The notes below the pieces were generated by a model that had not been told where the DNA came from, ran no database searches, and saw only the letters and a program-made list of their open reading frames with translations. A DNA stretch of 64,000 nt, from assembly GCA_037447605.1 (NCBI GenBank), contig CM074804.1:5557909-5621908 (forward strand), read 5' to 3'. Both the position numbers and the translations under genes were made by a program. Source of the stretch: Zygnema circumcarinatum SAG 698-1b. Its lineage: Eukaryota; Plantae; Zygnematophyceae. Below, piece after piece: positions 12,301 through 22,427 of this stretch. The stretch's first letter is position 1, and the number at the start of each line of letters is the position of its first letter.

Positions 12301-14436
12301 ATATCGCTGAATATCTGCCCAGGGCCTGTCAGGTATGCATGTTGAGAAGCTTCTGCTTACACACAATTGCTTCATGGCCTCCATGGCCTCGTGGATCAAA
12401 AGTAGAGGTAGAAAGAAAGCAAGGACAGGGTCTCCTGAATTTCTGGAGTGCTCAGATCTAATGTACAGTGCTTGGAGTTTTTCACGTGGCAGGAATACTT
12501 CATCATGCTTGTATCTGAATACATCTGGATTCCCTGGACACACGCACGTGAAATGACGGAAGCTAGGGCAGGGGACTCCACTTCAAGCACACCATCAATA
12601 TTACTTGCAGCGCAGGTGGACATAGAGGCCATGGAAGCTGGTTTTATCCGCGACAAGGTTTGTTCTGCAACGTCTATGTCTTGGACTCCTAGGAAGACGC
12701 CTAGGACAGCAAAGTTCGTTAGGTGCTTCTTGGTGTTTCGTACTCTATTGCGGAAGACAACGTTACGAGTTGGACTCAGTGGTTGGCGTAGGAGCGGAGA
12801 AATGTTTATGAAGATAACAGGGTATTTTCCTTTTGCTGCATTTGTATCCGCAGGTGGAATCTTATTTCACGGAGAAGTTACTCACCGTCGTGAAAGACAT
12901 CCAGCAGTACATGGCAGTGCAGCCTGACGAGTCGGACGAGTCCGAGGATGCAGCAGAGCGGAGGTTTCCGCAGTTGGCAGGCTCGCACTTGGAGCTTGGA
13001 AGCCCTGCGGTGGAGTTTGTGAAGTCCATATGCGCCGTTTTCGCACTTGATCAGAGAGTGCAGGATGAAGTGCTTGTACGTGATCAGCCCTATCTCTTCT
13101 TCCTTATTCTAGGGACATAAGACTAGCCTTTCAGTCTGCAGAACATGCTTTACCCCATCTAAACAAACTGACTGTTGCTCTTGTGAATATGCCAGACTAA
13201 TGCTGTCTTTGCAGCCATAATGATGGAAGAATCGCGGTGAGGGAGAATGTTGAGAGAGGAAACAGCCATAGAAATAAAGTGGTTGACATGGAGCACAGTG
13301 GTTGCAGATCATGCGCCGGCAGTTGCTTAAGCTCGTGAAAGTGCGGGAATTTTCAATCCAGGCTTCCTTCCGCGACCCCTGCCTGTCCTTCACTCTCCCA
13401 AACGTGATATGCAGGTACAGCTTCCCTAATGCTCAACTGGTGCCATTCCTGTTGCAATGAGCTCAACAGCTCTATGGTTTATGAGGTTTGAAAACAACAT
13501 GCGCTTGCTTAACGGCGCTGTCATTTGAGCGCAGGCTCTTTGTCCGTGCAGAAAAAACATGCTGAACCTAAGCGCTTTGTTGGTTTTGGACAGTTATTGC
13601 AACGACTGTCGCGACCTCGACCTCTGCAGAGATGTGCAGCTTTTGAGCCATGAGTGGCGTTGTGCAGTCCCCAGCTGTCAGCAACCTTACAACCGCGAAT
13701 GGATTGAGAATGCGTTATTGCAGGTTTGTGGCGAGAAGTCAACTCGATTCTTTATTGGTAAAAACGAAGTAAGCAAGAAGGCATTGCAGTGTCTACCTTC
13801 TGCTGTTTTGAGCTGGCCCGTACGGTTTGAAACATTCCTCGCACACTGGCTGTATTTGTGTTTGTTGTTAGCGATATCAAAAGTGTGCAAGGAAGCCATC
13901 TTATTTGGGATCTGCACCTTGATCAGCCTTTGGTGCTTCCTCTCAGCCTGTTTGAATTCTCGGTGGTTCTCTCGTTACAGATTGTAAGGCAGAGGTGCAG
14001 AGCGTATCAACTTCAGGATCTGAAATGCTCGAAATGCCGCCAGGTGGACGGGTCGTCCCTCTCCACTGTCTTGCGTTGCACTTTGTGCTTTCATCACATT
14101 CTCTGAGGAATGCAAGTTTGCACGGCGCCCATTGCCAATTGCTGCCAAGGTTGAGTGGGGAGACTGCGAGAGAGAGCATCGCTTAAAATTGGTTCCAAGC
14201 AAATCCCACCCCTCAGTAGCAAGCAGACATTGAGACTTGAGTGGGAACTGATGGATTTCGTGTCTGTCCAGGTCAAAGCTGCTCGCTTGGCGGAGCACTG
14301 CAGCTGCGCCGGCTCCTGGCAATGTATGGAAACGCCGAGTGATTTAAGACAGCGACTGCGAGTGTTTCTGAACATTTCAAGATATCACAAGTTTCAACTT
14401 TTAGAGGAATGTGTCCAATGGTTATTGAAACCTTAA
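162..14436 (+). CDS. POLE: DNA polymerase epsilon catalytic subunit A (5'-partial; 33 exons in window)
   Basis: Spliced exons 162-306, 690-784, 983-1088, 1315-1394, 1520-1610, 1957-2042, 2282-2372, 2609-2689, 2942-3085, 3450-3545, 3829-4029, 4266-4320, 4557-4699, 4919-5460, 5742-5887, 6360-6554, 7217-7291, 7473-7672, 8074-8263, 8434-8498, 8607-8739, 9159-9260, 9484-9567, 9930-10007, 10279-10338, 10731-11000, 11175-11223, 11394-11554, 11726-11792, 12159-12332, 12493-12657, 12854-13075, 13309-13413, 13592-13723, 13981-14043, 14272-14436 (TAA). B-family motifs [55 protein letters not shown]; C-terminal Cys clusters ([13 protein letters not shown]...CAVPSC; CSKC...HCSCAG). Co-linear with plant POL2/TIL1 as recalled. 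Confidence 0.98.
3297..3306. other. Assembly gap (10 N) inside a long poly-T tract in a POLE intron
   Basis: N run flanked by ~29 T on each side. Confidence 0.99.
3771..3795 (+). repeat. (AGGTT)5 pentanucleotide microsatellite in POLE intron
   Basis: aggttaggttaggttaggttaggtt read directly. Confidence 0.9.
7407..7472 (+). repeat. Degenerate hexamer microsatellite (TGGCCA/TGGCAA/TGACAA) abutting a POLE 3' splice site
   Basis: tggccatggccatggcaatggcaatggcaatggcaatgacaatgacaatgtcaatggcaatggcag; exon GVYEANVPL starts at 7473. Confidence 0.9.
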
Positions 14437-14810
14437 TTGCGGCACTTGACTCTTTCCTTTGGAAATCACCAGAAATAATCTTCTGTATGCTAAATAAATA
14501 CATGCCACGCACCTTGCTGTACTAGTTGAGCCGCAGTGGATGAATAATCACATCTGCCGCACAATTTTGTATCATATTCAAAAGTCTAGTCCTTGACGGC
14601 TTACTTTGCACATTAGTTGAGACATAATTCTTCAAACCCAAACCCATGAGAGACCGTTCCTTTGCTCATCTATAAGACGACCATAAGATGACCAACCCGC
14701 CATGTAGAAAGCAGGAATAAAATGCGGGCTATACTACAATATTGCACTTGAGGACCTAGGCTACACTTGAGGACCTAGGCCTCGAACAATTTCTGGCTCA
14801 CATGCTGAAT

Positions 14811-15022
14811 GCAAAGGTACGAGCATCGAGCATCGTCCTGTGCATTAAAAAAAAAACACAAATATATTTGGCTGAAGATGGTGTCAAGGATTGTCTCGTA
14901 AAAAAAGCATTCTATTTGTGTCATGTTGGGACAGATGAAATTAGACAAAGCTGCTTTTCTTCAAACATCTTCAGCCAAATATATTTGTGTTTTTATGCAC
15001 TGGACGATGCTCGTACCTTCGC
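14811..15022. repeat. Long inverted repeat (~55-65-bp arms, ~85-bp spacer); MITE-like or hairpin-RNA locus
   Basis: Left arm aaggtacgagcatc[gagcatc]gtcctgtgcattaaaaaaaaaacacaaatatatttggctgaagatg (14814-14880) is the near-perfect reverse complement of catcttcagccaaatatatttgtgtttttatgcactggacgatgctcgtacctt (14967-15019). No TSD seen. Confidence 0.85.
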
Positions 15023-15734
15023 TGTGATTATCTCCCAATTGAAAATTGCGACGGAATAAAATGCCAGCAAGCAAGCACACCTTGTACATTGTGTCGTAAG
15101 GCGCTTATTGGAAGACAAGAAAACATCGACCGCACTTTCAGTTCACAAGTTACTGGCTGATGTGCTTACTTAGGTCCACGACGGATCCACGCTAGGCACC
15201 TCGCAAGTACGTCAGAAAAAAGCACGAACTAAGTGTCTTCCGTCATGCAATTCCAATTCAATAATTTTATTAAGCCCAAGAAAAACCGCCACCGACAAAT
15301 AGAAATTCAGTAAAAGACCGCACATTTGATTGCACGGTAACGGCCTGGACATTGGAACCCCCATGTCCTTCCCAGCCCGCCCTCCCCTCGACAGGCGGCC
15401 CCTGCCGCCCCGGCCACCCGCCCAGCCCGCCCCAGGAACTTGGAGATCGCTTTTTTCGACATGGGCCGCCCAGCCTTGGCAGACCCAAACTTTAAATCTG
15501 CCGTGCGACACCCGCAGCCTGCCGTCTCACGCGCCAACGACTTCGCTGAATGGACGAAATTAAAACTTGACCGGCGACAGTCAGTCGCAGGGAGGAAGCG
15601 AACCCAAGTTTGCCGTTTCGCCCGCGGCCCATGTGCTCCTGCGCGGCGGTTACGGCTCCCACTTGTCAGGAAAAGCACGCGCGAGCGCACCACCCCTTCC
15701 GGCGGTGGTCCAAAACCGTTCACATCCGCCGTCC

Positions 15735-15869
15735 GACGTGGCATCGTCCCAGGCAACGGTCACTCGCCACGTGGCAAAATTAGCCACGCGGCAGGCCATC
15801 GGTGAAGTCAACTGGAGGTCCATGTGGCGCTGACGTGGAGGTGCCGCCAAAGCGTCCCGCCACGTCAGC
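15735..15869 (+). promoter_or_regulatory. Cluster of ACGT-core (G-box/ABRE-like) elements upstream of PCK
   Basis: GACGTGGC (15735), palindromic GCCACGTGGC (15766), GCCACGCGGC (15783), TGACGTGG (15831), GCCACGTCAGC (15859) within 135 bp of a GC-rich region upstream of the GA-rich 5' UTR. Function inferred. Confidence 0.55.
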
Positions 15870-16390
15870 CGTGCCGCGAGCAGATCCCGGTGGTCCCACC
15901 CCGCGCCCTCGCGCGTGCGGGCAGCCATGGCCGCGCCCGCGGCCGCCTTGAAAAGGGGAGAGGCGCGCAGGGGGGGGGCGGCTGGGGAGGAGAAGGGACG
16001 GGACGGGGCTTGAGGGAGAGGGAGAGGGAGAGGAACTCAGGTTAGTCTGTTTGGTTTTGGCGCAAACCGGAGCTTCAGGGAGCAGGTAATTGGAGATTAC
16101 ATCGCGTGTTTTGGATTTTTTCCTGGCGTTTGGGCTGGATTTTTTGGTAGCGGGAGATAAAAGGACACATTTGGATTCAGCAAAGCTGGAGATAGTTGAA
16201 TAATCGTTGAAATTGTGTTTTGAGTTCCAGTGGAGTAGATTGTTAGTGTCTGTTTTGAGGCGACAGGAAAGTTTTCCTCGCGAATTTTCTGATATGGAAA
16301 TCTTACTGCAGCGGCTGTTTACTGTTTTCTTACTCCAATGACTCGTACGATCTCGTCATCTCTGTGTTTGCAGTATTTCTGTCTGCAAGG

Positions 16391-19300
16391 ATGAATCGCT
16401 TCAACTCGCCAGAGGTGGCCAATGGGACCGGGGACCTCCCTGTGTCCCTGCCAACCATCAAAACGAGCAACAGTAAGGACGAGTTGTGCAAAGATGACAC
16501 TGCACCTACCGTGAACGCGTCGACCATGGAGGAATTGCAGGCCTTGCAGATGAAGAAATCCTACCCAACGACGCCAAAGGGGAGCATGAGGACCGAAGAA
16601 GAGAAGCAGAAGCTACAGCTGGATTCTATCAGGTGGGAATAGCTTGACGCTGCGATTTAGAAGGCAAGCTCATCTGCGGCTAGATGTGAAACATGCTTAA
16701 TTCTGCTTAATTCTGTACACTGGGATTCCGCAACTATGCTAAAACCCGGATCTGCCAAGAAGACAACAGGAAAGCTATCTCCGTTGGTAGTTGGATCCTG
16801 TCGATGCAGAGGGGGGTTTTTAAGAACTAAACGATGCTATTTGCAGTTTGATTGTGCCTAATTCCGGGTGGAAAAGACCTATTGTAAACAAAATAGCCAT
16901 AGCTTCTCCAATGGCACGATGTTTGGGTGTAAATCTGACATCAGCGATTGAAATACGTCTCCCACGGAAGGTGATCATTCTGAACCGTTTCTCAATGTGG
17001 AACTTGCAGCGCGTCACTTGCCTCCCTCACCCGTGAAAGGGGACCTCAAGTGGTGAAAGGCGATCCTGCAAAGCAACAGCAAATTCGGAAATCGCCACAG
17101 CAGGCGATTCCCACCTGCTTTCCCGCAAGGCCAGCAGTGAGCGATTCAGCTCTGAAGGTCACCAGTGTGTTATACAACCTGTCGCCAGCGGGTGAGCTGC
17201 TGTTGCACTGTCCTTCATTCATTCTCCTGTCGATTGACAAGCAGTAGGCTTATGTGCTCATGGTGTTATGCTGCGGTCCTCTGATTTGCTAAGGACCAGA
17301 TTTTTGCGTATTTATCATGGATGCAGTTGTTCCTTCGAGTTTGAATGTTTCGGTTGTGCAGAGTTGTATGAGCACGCGCTCAAGCATGAAAAGAGCTCAT
17401 TTATGACATCGACAGGAGCCTTAGCAACTTTGTCAGGTGCGAAGACTGGACGTTCGCCAAAGGATAAGCGTGTGGTGCGGGAGGCTTCTTCGGAGGCGGA
17501 CTTGTGGTGGGGCAAGTGAGTAGCTCTGCATTGGTTCCCGAACCTCTCGATTTCTCTCGATCCGTAGGTTGTGCGTGATTGCCAGTCCAGACGATAACGG
17601 ACAATGCGATACTGATGCACTTGTCACTCTTATGCCTTCCGATCCACAGGGGCTCTCCCAACATTGAAATGGATGAGGAAACTTTTCTTCTCAATCGTGA
17701 AAGAGCTGTGGATTATCTGAATTCCTTGGACAAGGTACCCTATTTGAACTCCATGATCGTGAGATAATCCACTTGTTCAAGCTAGTGCCTGGGTGCTTCT
17801 TTTGTTTGAGTGTGTGAATCAAAACTTTCCGGACGAGTTTTTGTTTCAGGTGCTTTCAAAATGTGGATATTTTGGGTGACAACTTGTTCAGAATCTTTAT
17901 TTCAGAACGCGTTTTAATCATCTGTTCGTAAACTGCAGGTTTTTGTGAATGACCAGTTTTTGAATTGGGATTCCGAGTATCGGCTGAAAGTGCGGATTAT
18001 CTCTGCAAGGGCGTATCATTCGCTCTTCATGCATAACATGTGTGTATTCTCCGTCTGTTTTATAAGACCGTATTTGTAACTCGATTTGATCACTATGAGA
18101 TTCCTGTGCAAGCTTTCGAAAGTGAATTGCACGTTGTCGAATAGTGTTATGTGAATCTTAAGATGTTGAAGACCATCATCGTTGTCATGCTTGGACCCCT
18201 CATTAACTGTTTTGTCTTTTGAAATAATTGACTTTAGTTTGCCATCAATTGTGCAGCGCTGATGCGTGCATTATATTGCTTGACTCTTTAATGGTTGATG
18301 CCAATATTCACAGGTGCATTCGGCCGACAGCAGAGGAATTGGAAGACTTTGGCAAACCAGACTTTACAATATACAATGCGGGCCAGTTCCCTTGCAATCG
18401 CTTCACTCACTATATGACTTCATCAACCAGCATTGATCTGAACCTTAAGAGGAGGGAGATGGTCATTCTTGGTACACAGTATGCAGGAGAAATGAAGAAG
18501 GGTCTATTCAGTGTAATGCACTATCTTATGCCCTTACGAGGAGTTCTTTCTCTTCATTCTGGGTGCAACATGGGCAAGCAAGGAGATGTGGCGCTGTTCT
18601 TTGGCCTATCAGGTACGGTTTTGACGTCGTCTGTAGACGTAGTCCGTTGTTTATGGCTGGATTTCTGTTCCGCTTCCTTTTGGTCTAATTCTGCTACACA
18701 CATCTGGGTTGACGACTTGACATGATACAGGCACAGGAAAGACGACTCTATCAACCGACCACAACCGGTATTTAATTGGGGATGATGAGCATTGTTGGAC
18801 AAAGAACGGAGTGTCAAACATTGAGGGCGGATGTTACGCTAAATGTGTTGATCTATCGCCAGACAAGGAGCCAGACATTTTTAACGCCATTAAGTTTGGA
18901 ACAGGTGAGATGACCAACTAATATCGATCTTAGACAGTCTTGAGCACTGTCAGATTCAACCAGCATGGAGCTCTATGAATAGGGAAGTGCGGCTTCATGA
19001 ACATTGTTGAGATGCCGAGGAAGTTGAGAATCTTGTAACTCAGCTAAAGAGAAAGGTTCATACGGTCTGTTTCCGGAGCTGTTTCTTGGGCTGCATTGTT
19101 GAGCCTAGACGTAGAATTTCGCTCATGGCTTTTTATTATTGTCCTTAGGTCTTTTGTGACCGGATCCTCTTGGTTCCCCATGTTGACTTTGTTCATGTAC
19201 GTTTGATGGCATCGCCGTCGTGAGATCAATGCCAAATTCCTTTAGGTATCTAGTCCCTTGATTACGTTGGAGAAACATTTTTTCGGTGGTTGCTCACGCA

Positions 19301-21169
19301 CTCCAGGGATATATCAGCTGACATAATGCACTGACACCTTTGATGGTCAAACTTGGCAGTGCTGGAGAATGTTGTGTTTGAGGATCACACTCGGGATGTC
19401 GATTACTCGGACAAATCTGTGACTGGTGAGCGGTTAACGATCATCAAATCAGAACGCTTATCTTCTAGTCATGCTTTGGAAAAAGTTAATGCCAGACATA
19501 AATGCGTTTTTGTAATCATGAATTGTATACTTGTGTTCTTGTTCCTTGAACGGATGGCACGTTACAAGAAACCAGCCATTGCATGACAAAAGGGGTGAGA
19601 GAATAGTTGGGCTTCGCTGGAGATTGCACGTATCCAGCCTACGCTTCGATGTATTGTTTAGTATCGAAGAGTGCCATTCTTATTGGCGTGATGCTGCTGC
19701 TCCTTGCATACAGACTTCGGGAGTAAATTAGGACTCATGAGTTAATACAAGAGGAGTTTTTCTTTTTGCGAAGAATGACTGTTGAGCTCGACATTGTCAT
19801 TTTTGCAGAGAATACAAGAGCGGCATATCCTATTGAATACATCACCAATGCAAAGATTCCGTGTGTTGGACCCCATCCAAAGAACATCATTTTGCTTGCT
19901 TGCGATGCTTTCGGTGTACTTCCTCCAATAAGCAAGCTGACTCTTGCTCAAACCATGTACCACTTCATCAGCGGATACACGGCTCTGGTATGTACAGGGC
20001 CTCCATGAAGCAGGGACTGTTCTCTCTGCTTGCCCCCCAAAAAAAATCCTTTCCTTTCGTAGAGTGATTCTCCGTTGTTCTGGCCATTTCGTAAGACAGG
20101 AAGCGGAACTAGCTAAGCCTCACGACGATTATTTTGTTGTGTAATGCGCGATGAGGAAAGAGAGTGGCTGACCGGAACGTGAGGATGATGTACCATTTCG
20201 ACTCTCAAGTTTGCAATTTTGGGGCCTGCAGGTGGCTGGCACGGAGGATGGTATCAAAGAACCACAAGCGACATTTTCTGCATGCTTTGGCGCTGCCTTC
20301 ATCATGTGGCACCCCACCAAATACGCCGCGATGTTGGCTGAGAAAATGCAGGAGCATGGCGCGACTGCCTGGCTCGTTAACACAGGCTGGTCAGGTGGCA
20401 GGTAAGACAAACTATACTCACAGGTCTAGGTTAGCTCCTATGTTCGCTGCACTCACGCTATTTCCGCCGGCTGGTTCGTATTTGTGGGGCCGTTCTCCCT
20501 TTTCTCTCCACGAACATTGGACGTAATGTGTTAATCCATATTCCTATTTCGATCAGCGAATGCGGCCCTAATTCAATTGAATGCATTGTCGGGGTGCAGT
20601 TATGGTGTGGGCCAGCGGATGAAACTGTCGCACACCAGGAAGATCATTGACGCCATTCACAATAGCTCTTTGTTAAAGGCGAACTACTCGACAACTCCCA
20701 TCTTTGGACTGCACGTTCCAGACGCAGTGGAGGGAGTACCCAGCGAAGTATTGAAGCCTGAAAACATGGTCAGTAATATGCGTCGGAGTCTATATATGGT
20801 CGATCGAAGCCAATCTGTGATCAATGCGGTGCTGCTTAGCATATGCTCGTGGGGTGATTTTTTAGAGTTCTTTCCCGTCTCGTCCTACCTTGAGCTACAT
20901 TGCATCAGGAAAACGTAGTCAGGATGCTGGAATATGACGCTTTATGACGATCAAAGGTTCCGCATTGTGACTCTCTTGCACTGCTTGTGGACGTCGCTGG
21001 TGCTTGTGGGGAACCCTGCCTGCAGTGGTCAAACAAGGAGCAGTACAACGCCACTCTCCAGAAGTTGGCGCGCCTCTTCATCTCCAACTTCGAGAAGTTT
21101 GCCAACTACAGCGTGGGGGGGGACGACAAGCTGACGAGGGAGATCTTGGCAGCGGGCCCGCAGCTCTGA
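16391..21169 (+). CDS. PCK1: Phosphoenolpyruvate carboxykinase (ATP), plant type, 12 coding exons
   Basis: Exons 16391-16632, 17010-17191, 17362-17515, 17650-17734, 17939-18039, 18314-18612, 18731-18904, 19360-19425, 19809-19987, 20232-20401, 20600-20768, 21026-21169 (TGA). Motifs [31 protein letters not shown]-loop [45 protein letters not shown]. Confidence 0.98.
19112..19244. repeat. Dispersed repeat copy A (in PCK intron 7)
   Basis: Aligns at roughly 75-80% identity (by eye) with 21772-21904; weaker similarity continues upstream to ~19060/21690. Confidence 0.8.
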
Positions 21170-21771
21170 CTGAAAGCTTAGGACGGCCGACATGGAGCCG
21201 CAGCAAGCTGTGTACAGGAGGCCGCAGGACGAGAGTTGAACATTGATGAATTCGTTTCTTTCCCCCTTTTTTTTTTTTTGTCCTTCCCTTCTGTCCTATA
21301 GCGCTTCTGTTTTGAAAGGCGGCATCTTTGAGTTTCGGGAGATTGTGGCTGTTCTGAGGATTACCAATCCCGGCAGCTTCCGGCTGTACAGACCACCGGG
21401 CGCTGCACTTCTACTCCATTAAATGCAACTTTGGGTTCCTTCGCTGTCGTTTGACGTGTGTTTCCGGCTTTTTTTTTGTGTGCTTGCTGCGGCTTTATGC
21501 TTTTTGTTTTTGTCTGTACCTGGCTCTTTCTGCTTGTGGATGTGGAGTTTGTGCGATACTCGCGGGAATCCGCCGTGGGCCGTTGTGTTGTTAGTTGTTA
21601 CTGCTCTTTTTTGATATAAAATAAACAATTCCTTGGAAACACTTGAACAAACTATTCGTTTTCATAGCCGGACGTAACCGAAATAATTATGCAGCGGAGT
21701 CTGGAATGGAGCTGTGTTGGGACTATTCAGAGATGCTGCAGCTTCCGTTCCTTCCAACGAAACAATCAGCT

Positions 21772-21904
21772 TAGATTTTCGCTCATAACTTTTTTTTTTT
21801 TGTCCTTAGGTCCTTTGTGACCAGTTCGTTGTAGTTCCCCATAATGATTTTGTCCATGTGAATTTGATGGTATCGCAATCGTGAGAGCAATGCCACATCT
21901 TTTA
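21772..21904. repeat. Dispersed repeat copy B (between PCK and methyltransferase 3' ends)
   Basis: tgtccttaggtcctttgtgacc...gttccccat...tttgatggtatcgcaatcgtgagagcaatgcca matches copy A tgtccttaggtcttttgtgacc...gttccccat...tttgatggcatcgccgtcgtgagatcaatgcca. Confidence 0.8.
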
Positions 21905-22427
21905 CTTGATCAAAATCCGTGTATCGCGTCCACCTTACGCTTTTCCGCAATCCAATTGTAGCATGTTCGTGTGGATGGAACGGAGCGGATACGAAGGAAT
22001 GACACGCGGAAGGTCCCTCGCTCCTCTCCCGAACCGCCCTGCCGCCCAAGCCCGCACCTTCGGCCGCTGTAAGAAGCGGCCTCTCATCAGGCAGAGGGAT
22101 GTAAAGGGCCAATTTCTTGAACAGAAGAGTTACGAGCTGGCGGACCTTCAAACGTGCTTCGTTTGACAACTGATGGGAGTGGTTGCAGTGCGCTTTCAAC
22201 GCTTCAACACAACTCACATTTATGCGCAAATCGTTTCGAGGCCCTCATGTACTTGAAAGCGTCACGAGTACAACGGGGCATTGAATGGGTCTACCAAATA
22301 GCGAGACAACAGCAAATGCAAGGAACATACCGCCTAAACTTCCTCCTTAGATACCTTGCCCTTCAGGGGAGCAAGTCGTGAAGATGTGGAGCATGAGCTA
22401 TCAGGCTTCAATCAGAACCACAGCAAA

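Noticed and set aside
19133-21802. Interpreting the duplicated element as a poly(A)-tailed SINE
   Set aside because: Homology continues beyond the T-rich run on both copies, so the run is internal rather than a retroposition tail; no TSD or A/B boxes were seen.
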